A stretch of 60,390 nt of DNA from Octopus sinensis (Eukaryota), in contig NW_021835015.1 in NCBI RefSeq assembly GCF_006345805.1, positions 1-60,390 of the forward strand, read 5' to 3'. Positions 1 through 12,616 of the stretch are shown one piece after another (position 1 is the first letter of the stretch; every line of letters begins with the position of its first letter). Position numbers and translations under genes: made by a program. Below the pieces are notes generated by a model. It made no database searches. It was not told where the DNA came from and saw nothing but the letters and a program-made list of their open reading frames with translations.

Positions 1-34
<34 letters not shown>

Positions 35-479
35 GGTTCCGTTTTCAGCAGAGAAAGACGTGATTGCCTTTGCTCTGTGAAAAAGTTTGCATAGAACGGC
101 GAATAACCCACTGTAGTTGCAAAACGTAAAACTCTAACTCATAGAGATCACTACAACACTTTGGTTCTAAAATATTTAAAAAAATATATATATAAATATA
201 TACATATACACAGTAATTTTCATTATCGCCGAAACGCACATGGTGCAAAAATAACTGAATCAAGTTATCTCCTGCAAGAAAGAAAAAAGAAGCATCTCTC
301 CTGAAAAAAATCCCGTAAACCAAAAAAAATAATCCAGACCACATTGTTGGATTAAGTATCAATTTCATCTATTTCATATTTTATTTATTATTCTATTTTA
401 TCTTTCACTTAGGCCCACATCTTAGTTAAAGTTGCGATCGTCATTTTGTTTGTTTACATTTTCAATATCTGTTCTCGAT

Positions 480-1820
480 ATAATAATTTTCCAGATACTC
501 TATCTTCTAATTAGCCTTAAGATTAATTAAATAACGTTTAATATTGATACCGTCAAATTAGCCTTAGGATTAAGTTAAATAACGTTTAATATTGTTTTAA
601 TATTGTAATAATTATTGTTAATTAGCCTTAAGATTAAATTAAATAACGTTTATATTGTTTTAATATTGTTAATAATTTTTCAGATACTCTATCTTCTAAT
701 TAGCCTTAAGATTAAATTAAATAACGTTTAATATTAAAAACGTCAAATTAGCCTTAGGATTAAATTAAATAACGTTTAATATTGTTAATAATTATTGTTA
801 ATTAGCCTTAGGTTTAAATTAAATAACGTTTAACATTGTTTAATATTGTTAATAATTACTGTTAATTAGCCTTAAGATTAAATTAAATAACGTTTAATAT
901 TGTTTTAATATGTTAATAATTATTGTTATTAGCCTAAGATTAAATTAAATAACGTTTATATTGTTTTAATATTGTTAATAATTTTTCAGATACTCTATCT
1001 TCTAATTAGCCTTAAGATTAAATTAAATAACGTTTAATATTAAAAACGTCAAATTAGCCTTAGGATTAAATTAAATAACGTTTAAATGTTAATAATTATT
1101 GTTAATTAGCTTAGGTTTAAATTAAATAACGTTTAACATTGTTTAATATTGTTAATAATTACTGTTAATTAGCCTTAAGATTAAATTAAATAACGTTTAA
1201 TATTGTTTTAATATTGTAATAATTCTTCAGATACTCTATCTTCTAATTAGCCTTAAGATTAAATTAAATAACGTTTAATATTACCCACACTCTAATATAA
1301 TATTAACATTGCTAATATATTTTCAGATACTCTATCTCCTGATTAGCCTTAAGATTAAATAACGTTTTTATCCACACTCTAATATAATATTAATATTGCT
1401 AATATATTTTCAGATACTCTATCTTCTAATTAGCCTTAAGATTAAATTAAATAACGTTTAATATTACCCACACTCTAATATAATATTAATATTGCTAATA
1501 TATTTTCAGATACTCTATCTCCAAATTAGCCTTAAGATTAAATAACGTTTTTTTTTTTTTTTTTTTACCCACACTCTAATATAATATTAATATTGCTAAT
1601 ATATTTTCAGATGCTCTATCTCCTAATTAGCCTTAAGATTAAACAACGTTTTTATCCACACTCTAATATAATATTAATATTGCTAATACATTTTCAGATA
1701 CTCTATCCCCTAATTAGCCTTAAGATTAAATAACGTTTTTACCCAAATAACGTTTTTACACAAACTTTAATATTGTTAATATTCTTTTTCAAGTACTCTA
1801 TCTTCTAATTAGCCTTATAT
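480..1820. repeat. AT-rich modular minisatellite (~60-100 bp units with higher-order blocks)
   Basis: Recurrent modules TTTTCAGATACTCTATCTTCTAATTAGCCTTAAGATTAAATTAAATAACGTTTAATATT; no unique spacers. Confidence 0.95.
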
Positions 1821-1878
1821 CTTCCTGTCTTCTCTCGAACATAATTAGATAGATAAACGGATAGACGGATTATCCAGC

Positions 1879-2790
1879 ATGTCCAGAGCATGGAGACGTG
1901 ACGAACTGGATTTATTCGTACGAGCATGGGAGTGCGCCGGCGGAGATAGCCCTAGGGAGGTGATTGCGGCTGCACTGAAGAGCAGAGGCTACAAGAGGAC
2001 AGCGGCTCAGATGGAGCGAAAGAGACAGGAATTCGTGCGCGCTCATATGCGCTTGTACGGTCGCACATTGGCGCACTTGATGCCATCTTTGAGAACGAGC
2101 GGGCAAAGATGGCAAGAATGGAGACGATGAAAGAAGTCACCCCCACCTGGTGGACGCCCGGGAGGAGGTTTTGAATGAGAAACCTGCCCGGGAAGTGAAC
2201 CCAGGTGCAAGTTCTCCAACCGGCAGCAAGGGCCATGGAGACGGAGAACCCGGTGAAGAGGTAGAGGGAGGAAGAAGAACTAAAAGAGGACTGGAAGAGC
2301 TAAAGGAAAAGAAAAAGCTCAAGCAGGACCAAAGTGTGAAACAACCAGAAATAGAAGTGGAACCGCAAAGGATGGAACCAAACAGCGCACACGGGTGTGT
2401 ATGTTCTACCTGAGAGGTTCCTGCTGGCATGGAAAGGAAGGTGCAGGCTGCCGCTTTGCACATCGGGGACCCTGCCACAGAGACACGAGGCAGATGGACA
2501 AACCATCAACACAAAGAAAAGGGATGGACCACGCACCACCTGCCCCAAAGCGGAGGTACGCAGATGTTGTGCGCGCCACAAACAGCCAACATGATGTTGT
2601 CGAAAGAGCAGCTGCTGAGCAACAATCTTTTTTGTGCATGGCACAAAAGATTGTACAGCAGCTGACCTGGCTTCATCAAACCCAAGCCCGCAGGTGGGAC
2701 TACCCACTATATACCAGACCACCACAGCAAACAGACACAGGATGGACACCGCCGGCAAAAACGTACACCTCACCTCGATACTCCTACTGA
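1879..2790 (+). pseudogene. LINE ORF1 (frameshifted): Myb/SANT-trihelix-like N-terminus, charged linker, CCCH zinc finger
   Basis: WRRDELDLFVRAW...LKSRGYKRTAAQMERKRQ; CMFYLRGSCWHGKEGAGCRFAH (C-x7-C-x8-C-x3-H); pieces in three frames align with copy 2 at 57361-58270. Confidence 0.75.
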
Positions 2791-5740
2791 ACATCAGAGG
2801 ACTGCAAACACTCAGTAACAGGACAAAGATCCCGTTCCTGAGAGACTTTGTTGCATGCAATCAAGCCTTATGCATAGCACTTACAGAAACGCACCTGAAA
2901 CCGGACATAGCAGATGCGGAGTTACACATACCACAGTATGCTGTACTACGGACCGATAGGAAAGAAAGGAGTCATGGAGGTGTTGCTATGTACATCCGTG
3001 AGGACCTCACACCCCAGGTCCTCTTGTCATACTCAAACTCGGTGTGTGACACACTATTGTACATATAGGCAACTTGATGTAGTTGTGTGTGCTACATATC
3101 GCCCTCCAGATGCCCCAAGCCATGTGGGCAAGTTTGAAGACTGCCTTATAAAAATAGAAGAAATTCTAACCACATTAGAACAACACATAGGTGTGCTTCT
3201 TATGGGAGACTTCAATCTGCCCAATGTCAGATGGCCCGAGGGCCTTTCTCTCCCAGGAATGACAAGATGTGAACGAGGACAGGCGAGGTCCCTCCTGAAC
3301 CTCATCAACACCCTGTACATGGAGCAGGTAATACTCCAACCAACCAGGGCAGGTAACACACTGGATCTCTGCTTCACAAATGACATGGATCTCATCCATA
3401 ATGTGAAAGTGACACCGACACTACTCTCGGATCACAACATGATAGAGCTGACCATGTACGGGCCAAAAGAGAGCACAGACATGCAGCCTACAAGAAACCC
3501 TCAAAATCTTTCCAGCTTGAACTACCATAAGGCAAACTGGAAACAAATTGAGAAAGAGATCCTCAAACAAAACTGGCCTAAATGTCTCTCCTCGCCAGAC
3601 ATCGACGTGAAACTTCAACAATTCATGTCTGTAATGCAAGCCATATGCTACAAATGTGTCCCAGAGAGAAAGGCCACTGTACACAAGAACAAAATCCCCA
3701 GAGAGAGGAAAATTTTAATGAGACGGCGTACGTACGAATTTTCAAATCGCCTAAACAAACAGATTGAAAGCAGTGAAAAGTCCCGCCTAAAAATAAAACT
3801 GTTGGAAATCGAAAAATGTCTGCAACTCTCCCATGAAAAAGAAAGAGCAGACAAAGAAGCCTGGGCTATAGAAAACATAAAATCTAACCCCAGAGCTTTC
3901 TACAGGTATGCCAAAGAAACAGCTACAGTGCACTGTAGAATAGGGCCACTCTTCGAAAAGGATGGCACACTTACAGGAAAACCAATGAGGGTAAGTGAAA
4001 TACTGAATGAGCAATTCAAGAGTGTTTTCACTCCACCCCTTGGGCATCTCCAAATCACCAATCCAACTGACTTTTTTACCACTGCAGATATTAAATCAGA
4101 GGCGGCGACGATAGATTACATCGATATAAAGGAAGACGATGTAACCAAGGCTATAGATGAAATGAAAACAGACTCAGCTACTAGCCCCGATGGATTCCCG
4201 GCAATCCTCCTAAAAGCATGTAAGAGAGTCCTAGCAAGACCACTGCAGTTCCTCTTTCAGAGCTTCCTTGCAGCTGGCAAACTTCCAGGAAAACTGAAGG
4301 AAGGTAAAATATGCCCCATTCATAAAGGAGGTAGCAGAGCGGAAGCCAAGAACTACAGACCTATCTCTCTGACCTCACACATCAGCAAGGTCATGGAACG
4401 AATAGTCAGAAGGAAGCTGATCACCTTCCTTGAAGAGAATGACTTGCTGCCCGACACCCAACATGGTTTCCGACCAGGGAGAAGCTGTTTAACTCAGCTC
4501 CTACAACACTATGACTGGGTGCTGAAACGGCTGCTCAACCACTCAAATGTGGAAGTGATATATCTCGACTTTGCAAAGGCCTTTGATAAAGTCGATCATG
4601 GAATGATATGTCACAAACTGCGTGATCTCAACATAGTTGGAAAACTGGGAGAATGGCTTCATGACTTTCTGAAGGATAGAAGTCAGGTGGTAGTAGCCAA
4701 TGGGGTCACCTCCATTAACACACAAATAGTGAGCGGTGTTCCGCAGGGCACTGTTGGGACCACTACTGTTCATAATGGCCCTCTCAGACATGCCCTCAGC
4801 CACGCAGAGAGCCACGATCACAAGTTATGCAGATGATACAAAAGTTTCACAGGCAATACAGAACCCTGAGGACACTAAACACCTGCAATGTGAGCTGGAC
4901 GAAATATACAAGGGGCTGAAAAGAATATGAGAATGCAGTTCAATGCTGGAAAGTTTCAAGCTTTATAACTATCAGCATGCAAAACTGAATGCAATACCCA
5001 ATGAATACACTGGACCCGGAGGGATTGCAATCCCAGAGGCACAATCAGTGCGTGACCTGGGTATTCACATGAGTGATGACGCGACCTTTCATGTACATGT
5101 TGCTAAACTGACAATGAAATGTAGACGGCTGGCTGGATGGATTCTTAGAACCTTTAGAACAAGAGAACAAAAAACCATGATGGTCCTCTGGAAGACACTT
5201 GTCCTAAGCCACTTTGACTATTGCTCTCAGCTATGGTCACCATCCAGTGTCAAGTTGATCACAGAACTTGAGGCGATCCAACGAAGCTACACAAAGAAGA
5301 TAGCCTCTATGCAGAATGTAAGCTACTGGGAAAGACTCAAGAGATTAAAATTATATTCTCTGGAGCGTAGGCGGGAAAGATATGCCATAATATACATCTG
5401 GAAGATCCTGGAGGGAAGTGTCCTGAACTTTGGCATCGAGAGTTACGCAAATGCCAGAACTGGGCGCCACTGCGTGGTGCCTAGGACTCCAAACCTGCCA
5501 TCAAGATGTAGGACAAGATTCTGTGATAGCCTGGGCTTCCGAGGCCCACAGCTCTTCAATATCCTCCCGAAGAACCTGAGAGACCTGCATGGGGTGGATA
5601 CAGATGTCTTTAAAATGAAGCTGGATCTCTTCCTGTCAGGTGTCCCAGATGAACCAACTTCACGGCAGGAGGGCCAGATGAGGGCAGCTGCATCGAACTC
5701 TCTCATGCACCAAATAGCAGTTGCTAGAAAGCCTCCATGA
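2742..5740 (+). pseudogene. LINE ORF2 (AP endonuclease + reverse transcriptase) with a few small indels
   Basis: ORF-track segments 2634-3068, 2914-4836, 4736-4930 and 4943-5740 join into one APE-RT protein; breaks near 3060, 4750, 4905-4930 and 4965 are 1-2 bp indels relative to the other copies. Confidence 0.93.
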
Positions 5741-5808
5741 AGTGAAACCAAGTAGCAACACCAAATGGCGGTGCCCCAGCATGGCCACAGCTCATAAGCT
5801 GAAACTAG

Positions 5809-5833
5809 AATCAATCAATCAATCAATCAATCA
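5809..5833 (+). repeat. (ATCA)n 3' tail of the LINE, running into (TA)n
   Basis: CTAGAATCAATCAATCAATCAATCAATCATATATAT, 70 bp after the ORF2 stop. Confidence 0.85.
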
Positions 5834-5888
5834 TATATATATATATTTAAGAAATGAAGTTGAACGAAGATTGAACAGAAATCGTTTT

Positions 5889-5979
5889 ATTTCATTCTAC
5901 ACGTGTTTCGAAAGGCACAATTTACCAAATTCCGATTGAATAATGAGACCATATTGTGTCTTTCTGTTCAGGAAGAAAT
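5889..5979 (-). ncRNA. Minimal type I hammerhead ribozyme, G8C core variant (predicted impaired)
   Basis: Reverse complement of 12617-12707, but the core reads CUGAACA instead of CUGAAGA (nt 5966). Confidence 0.75.
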
Positions 5980-6646
5980 AGGAAATCCGTTGGAAAAAAC
6001 AAAAACAGAACAGAGGCGGAGCAAAACAATCGAACTAGGCTCCTAAGAGCCCATGGCCAAACTGTTTATCAGTGAATGTTGAAAACGTGTGGTGGGTGCG
6101 TGAAGATTTTAACGGGTCAGGCAGCGGTCATTCCGTGGGTGAGGGCACGGGGTGTGTAGATGTTCTTTGTGACCGAGAGTAAAGTTCTGACTATTTAAAG
6201 AATATTAAATGTATTATATGGGGCGAGCCAAAATCTTGTTAGAGACATGTGTGTGTTTACTGTTCTATATATGTATGCGCAAGTTGGTAAGAAGCGCTAC
6301 ATTCTGGTCACTGCTGAGAAATCCGTCAAGGGGTAGGAAACATTTTATGTGTACGTGTGTGCGTTTGATCGCGCGGCTGTCAGTTGGTAAACAGCTCTAC
6401 ACAATGGTCACTGCTGTAGAATCCGTCGGGCGGCAGAAAAATATTTTATGTGTGCGTATGTTCGTCTAATCATGCCTTGTCAAAGAAACACCCCCGTCGT
6501 CAAAAACAAAGCTCCATTCATCTCACAGGAGTAATTCCCCTTGCAATGGTTAATCATATTTCTCTTAAGGGCTTTTTCAGAATTTATTACCAATGGACTA
6601 TTTTCATGTAAGTAGTGTAACCGGGTGCAGGTATTATTTATAAGCG

Positions 6647-9600
6647 TTATTTATAAGCAAGATAAGTATAACGCCGCCAATGGGGGCATCGAAAAGCCGA
6701 CTGTAAAAGTCCGTTTACCATCGGTCTCTGGCGAACAATATATGGAAGAGTTCGGAGACACAAAGGTTGCACTTCCTTCTGCCCCTATCAAATGGGAGGG
6801 CCACCGACAAAATTGACCATTCCAGCCTGTAGCTTGAGTTCGTATTCTTCAATCGCCATATTAGCTTGCTAAGTCCCGTGGTCTGGCGTTTATTCATGTC
6901 TCGAAAAGTTGCGTAATGGTTGGAGATTCGTAAAGCCAATCTTGACGATGAGGCCCCGACATAGGCGAAGACATCTGAGTCCGTGTAAACCTTGCATTGG
7001 TAGACGGCGTTTCTGATCTTGGAGTTCGCCGACGTGAATCTTATTCTGCTAGGATTAGTTTCTGAAATTAGAACTGCGTTACCGTCACTATATTTGTTGC
7101 GAGAACTGCAGCCGCTTACTACTTTATTTTCCACTACGTCACTATTAACTAACGGAATAACCCCTGATTCTCCACTATCTATCAGAGTGCTGTCATTGCT
7201 AGTGCCTGTGGTGCTGCTATTGCCGGAAACGATGCTGGGGTTGCTATTGGGACTCTCTACCCTAACGAGCGGAGCTGCGCTCACCTCACTACTGCCATTG
7301 TTACCGTCAACTACAGTCAGGTGGTAGTAGCCAATGGGGCCACCTCCATTAACACACAAATAGTGAGCGGTGTTCCGCAGGGCACTGTTCTGGGACCACT
7401 ACTGTTCATAATGGCCCTCTCAGACATGCCCTCAGCCACGCAGAGAGCCACGATCACAAGTTATGCAGATGATACAAAAGTTTCACAGGCAATACAGAAC
7501 CCTGAGGACACTAAACACCTGCAATGTGAGCTGGACGAAATATACAAGTGGGCTGAAAAGAATAGCATGCAGTTCAATGCTGGAAAGTTTCAAGCTTTAT
7601 ACTATCAGCATGCCCTAGTATAACTATACCCCTAGTATATAATCCCTGGTTGGAGCTGAGATTATGAGTCACTGTACTGGCTCTCATATCATTATTACTA
7701 CTATTATTATTCCTACTGATCATTAAACCGGGAGCGGAAGAAGCTGTGCCTCCGGAAAAAGGTGATAGGGTCTTAGTAAGCAGCCTATTATTATGGGAGG
7801 CGATTATCTGGGCGAGGTTTTTAGTGTTGGAGAAAGCTATCCTAACTTTATGCGAGTTAACCGTGGAGTAATATTTGGAATTTCTGAGGAAGTTATTGGC
7901 GATGGGCTTGTCGAAACATGAGGGGGAGGTTAGTTCTAATCTGCTTACCAAAGGGAATTACAAACCATATATGCTTATTCCTATCTATGTGATGGGTCGG
8001 GACGCAGCTCTCGCATTCGGGTGGGTGATTCTCGGATGAATAACGGGTTTTGGGTTAGTGTGAGATCCCCCGGACCGATATTATCCTTGTTCGCTAAATT
8101 AAATGCGGGAGCGACTGCCCCAGCACCCGCCGCGCTCCCGTCACTACTTAAATTGTTTATGTTATTATAGACGGCCCTATCCTGATGACCGAATGATGGC
8201 ATCGGAAGGGCCGGATCAATATAAATTACCTTCTGTCTATAACCGGCCTTGGATAGTGCGGCGTTATAAAATTCCGCTTTCTGCATAAAAATATCGGCAC
8301 TAGCGGACAAGCCAGACAATCTTAGAGAGATGTTTTTAACCAAATTGTCTGTTACGGTTTTGGCATGATTTGAGAAGACACTGACATACTTCAAATTAGT
8401 GGAAGGCTTATGGTAAGGGCAGTATGAGTCGCTATTAAGGTTAAGTGTAACGTCTAGGAAATTAGCCTTGGTGAGTTCATTATCAAAAACTATATTCATG
8501 CCCATTCTATTAAAAAACCTAGCTAACCTGCTCTTAGTTTTCTGCACTATTCTGTTCGTGGTGTTTTGCAGGTAAAACAGACAATCGTCACGATACAGGC
8601 CGCTCGCGATCTCCGGGAATTGGTCGGACAATTCGTAGAGAATATATATTCCGACCAAATCGGCTATCTGCGCACTATCCGAACTACCCATAGGCACATC
8701 AAATTCATTGGGAGTATCTTTACGGATCCACAACTTATTATCAAACTTAATAAACGATTTCCTGGCAACTAAAATGATATCTATTTCTTCTCTGGTGAGG
8801 CCAGCCTTGTTGTGAGCATGCCAAAGGGCCTTATTTAGTACACTAGGGTTAATCGAGGGGTAGAAGCTAGCGATATCAAACTGAATGAACCTAGTACGGT
8901 TCTTATTGGGGATGGAAGAGAACCACTTCACTACCTGCGAGGAGTTAGCCCAGAGGCTGAGCTTCAGCTTGTTTACTAAACTAGGGATATATTTTTCTAA
9001 AATGTACTTACTGATTATCCCGATATCAGAGCTAGCAGGGCATATGAGTCTTAGCGCTGGGTTGGTGTGGAAGTTTGGTTTATGGTCCTTCACTATAAAT
9101 CTAGGTTGCTTAGGGCTAAGCGGCTGCGTTCTCATTTGAATTCCGTGTTTAAACATTATTTCCTTAATTTCCAAGTTTACCTTCCTCAGGGTACTCCAAT
9201 TGGTTTTTCTATAATTTTTCTTGATCTCTTTACCGAGTAAATCTAGGTACTGCTTAATGGGTAGCTTGTATGTGTTCCTGGTCTTGTCGGACTGGACCAG
9301 GACTCCGTCCGTTCTATTAATGTCCTTATCTAGGTATCTGAGGTGGGCATTTCTCCTGGGTGACTTCCTGAACTTAATCTTTCTAACTATGTCCCACAAG
9401 TCGTCCTCAAACTTCTTCAGTCTTGGGTTAGGTGGCGGCGTATCCAATGTTTTAAAAAGCCGGCCGTATTCGGACGATGCTGTTGTCCGGTTCGATTTTA
9501 GATCTTCGTTCTCGTGGAAGAAAACGAGCCATCTTATCCGGTTTATGAATGCGTTGGTTTTACAAACCAACTCCTTAAGGAAGGCGTCCTTCGGTGGTAT

Positions 9601-9654
9601 AGGAATATCCTTAAGGGACGCATCAATCTCGAACAGTACCTAGATTTACTCGGT
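6647..9654 (-). pseudogene. PLE-A RT + GIY-YIG ORF (left arm), interrupted by a LINE fragment and single-base indels
   Basis: ORF-track pieces 7981-9570, 7574-7951 and 6715-7359. Confidence 0.9.
7315..7613 (+). mobile_element. 299-bp internal LINE RT fragment (PQG to YADD region) inserted in the PLE-A left arm
   Basis: Near-identical to 4681-4980; no tail and no TSD; absent from the right arm (site ~11260-11280). Confidence 0.92.
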
Positions 9655-11946
9655 AAAGAGATCAAGAAAAATTATAGAAAAACCAATTGGAGTACCCTGA
9701 GGAAGGTAAACTTGGAAATTAAGGAAATAATGTTTAAACACGGAATTCAAATGAGAACGCAGCCGCTTAGCCCTAAGCAACCTAGATTTATAGTGAAGGA
9801 CCATAAACCGAACTTCCACACCAACCCAGCGCTAAGACTCATATGCCCTGCTAGCTCTGATATCGGGATAATCAGTAAGTACATTTTAGAAAAATATATC
9901 CCTAGTTTAGTAAACAAGCTGAAGCTCAGCCTCTGGGCTAACTCCTCGCAGGTAGTGAAGTGGTTCTCTTCCATCCCCAATAAGAACCGTACTAGGTTCA
10001 TTCAGTTTGATATCGCTAGCTTCTACCCCTCGATTAACCCTAGTGTACTAAATAAGGCCCTTTGGCATGCTCACAACAAGGCTGGCCTCACCAGAGAAGA
10101 AATAGATATCATTTTAGTTGCCAGGAAATCGTTTATTAAGTTTGATAATAAGTTGTGGATCCGTAAAGATACTCCCAATGAATTTGATGTGCCTATGGGT
10201 AGTTCGGATAGTGCGCAGATAGCCGATTTGGTCGGAATATATATTCTCTACGAATTGTCCGACCAATTCCCGGAGATCGCGAGCGGCCTGTATCGTGACG
10301 ATTGTCTGTTTTACCTGCAAAACACCACGAACAGAATAGTGCAGAAAACTAAGAGCAGGTTAGCTAGGTTTTTTAATAGAATGGGCATGAATATAGTTTT
10401 TGATAATGAACTCACCAAGGCTAATTTCCTAGACGTTACACTTAACCTTAATAGCGACTCATACTGCCCTTACCATAAGCCTTCCACTAATTTGAAGTAT
10501 GTCAGTGTCTTCTCAAATCATGCCAAAACCGTAACAGACAATTTGGTTAAAAACATCTCTCTAAGATGTCTGGCTTGTCCGCTAGTGCCGATATTTTTAT
10601 GCAGAAAGCGGAATTTTATAACGCCGCACTATCCAAAGCCGGTTATAGACAGAAGGTAATTTATATTGATCCGGCCCTTCCGATGCCATCATTCGGTCAT
10701 CAGGATAGGGCCGTCTATAATAACATAAACAATTTAAGTAGTGACGGGAGCGCGGCGGGTGCTGGGGCAGTCGCTCCCGCATTTAATTTAGCGAACAAGG
10801 ATAATTATCGGTCCGGGGGATCTCACACTAACCCAAAACCCGTTATTCATCCGAGAATCACCCACCCGAATGCGAGAGCTGGCGTCCCGACCATCACATA
10901 GATAGGAATAAGCATATATGGTTTGTAATTCCCTTGGTAAGCAGATTAGAACTAACCTCCCCCTCATGTTTCGACAAGCCATCGCCAATAACTTCCTCAG
11001 AAATTCCAAATATTACTCCACGGTTAACTCGCATAAAGTTAGGATAGCTTTCTCCAACACTAAAAACCTCGCCCAGATAATCGCCTCCCATAATAATAGG
11101 CTGCTTACTAAGACCCTATCACCTTTTTCCGGAGGCACAGCTTCTTCCGCTCCCGGTTTAATGATCAGTAGGAATAGTAATAGTAGTAATAATGATATGA
11201 GAGCCAGTACAGTGACTCATAATCTCAGCTCCAACCAGGGATTATATACTAGGGGTATAGTTATAAATAGGGGTGTTGTAGTTGACGGTAACAATGGCAG
11301 TAGTGAGGTGAGCGCAGCTCCGCTCGTTAGGGTAGAGAGTCCCAATAGCAACCCCAGCATCGTTTCCGGCAATAGCAGCACCACGGGCACTAGCAATGAC
11401 AGCACTCTGCTAGATAGTGGAGAATCAGGGGTTATTCCGTTAGTTAATAGTGACGTAGTGGAAAATAAAGTAGTAAGCGGCTGCAGTTCTCGCAACAAAT
11501 ATAGTGACAGTAACGCAGTTCTAATTTCAGAAACTAATCCTAGCAGAATAAGATTCACGTCGGCGAACTCCAAGATCAGAAACGCCGTCTACCAATGCAA
11601 GGTTTACACGGACTCAGATGTCTTCGCCTATGTCGGGGCCTCATCGTCAAGATTGGCTTTACGAATCTCCAACCATTACGCAACTTTTCGAGACATGAAT
11701 AAACGCCAGACCACGGGACTTAGCAAGCTAATATGGCGATTGAAGAATACGAACTCAAGCTACAGGCTGGAATGGTCAATTTTGTCGGTGGCCCTCCCAT
11801 ATGATAGGGGCAGAAGGAAGTGCAACCTTTGTGTCTCCGAACTCTTCCATATATTGTTCGCCAGAGACCGGATGGTAAACGGACTTTTACAGTCGGCTTT
11901 TCGATGCCCCCATTGGCGGCGTTATACTTATCTTGCTTATAAATAA
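9655..11946 (+). pseudogene. PLE-A RT + GIY-YIG ORF (right arm), with single-base indels at ~10566 and ~10933
   Basis: ORF-track pieces 9514-10659, 10566-10901 and 10918-11946. Confidence 0.9.
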
Positions 11947-12616
11947 CGCTTATAAATAATACCTGCACCCGGTTACACTACTTACATGAAAATAGTCCAT
12001 TGGTAATAAATTCTGAAAAAGCCTTTAAGAGAAATATGATTAACCATTGCAAGGGGAATTACTCCTGTGAGATGAATGGGGCTTTGTTTTTGACGACGGG
12101 GGGGTTTCTTTGACAAGGCATGATTAGACGAACACACGCACACATAAAATATTTTTCTGCCGCCCGACGGATTCTACAGCAGTGACCATTGTGTAGAGCT
12201 GTTTACCAACTGACAGCCGCGCGATCAAACGCACACACGTACACATAAAATGTTTCCTACCCCTTGACGGATTTCTCAGCAGTGACCAGAATGTAGCGCT
12301 TCTTACCAACTTGCGCACACATATATAGAACAGTAAACACACACATGTCTCTAACAAGATTTTGGCTCGCCCCATATAATACATTTAATATTCTTTAAAT
12401 AGTCAGAACTTTACTCTCGGTCACAAAGAACATCTACACACCCCGTGCCCTCACCCACCGGAATGACCGCTGCCTGACCCGTTAAAATCTTCAACGCACC
12501 CACCACACGTTTTCAACATTCACTGATAAACAGTTTGGCCATGGGCTCTTAGGAGCCTAGTTCGATTTGTTTTGCTCCGCCTCTGTTCTGTTTTTGTTTT
12601 TTCCAACGGATTTCCT

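Larger units (their letters stand above)
1841..5833 (+). mobile_element. Near full-length CR1-group LINE, copy 1 (ORF1 + APE-RT ORF2, (ATCA)n tail)
   Basis: APE motifs LLLNIRGL, ALTETHL, YRPP, GDFN, TLDLCF, SDHN; RT motifs NYRPISL, QHGFRPGRSC, YLDFAKAFDKV, VPQG, YADDTK; tail (AATC)n at 5809-5833. Confidence 0.95.
5846..9654 (-). mobile_element. Penelope-like element family A (Neptune-type), near full-length left arm of a palindrome
   Basis: N-terminal ASLKDIPIPP...FINRIRW; RT motifs FIQFDIASFYPSI, PMGSSDS, GLYRDD, NFLDV, YHKP; GIY-YIG region AVYQC..YVG..R..H and KCNLCVSE; 3' UTR with HHR. Confidence 0.93.

Noticed and set aside
45-368. 107-aa ORF as a protein-coding gene
   Set aside because: Crosses an AT microsatellite and has no recognisable domain in this frame.
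480-1820. CRISPR-like or telomeric interpretation of the array (CCTTAGG/TTAGG motifs)
   Set aside because: No unique spacers, eukaryotic context, and no tandem TTAGGG; it is a minisatellite.
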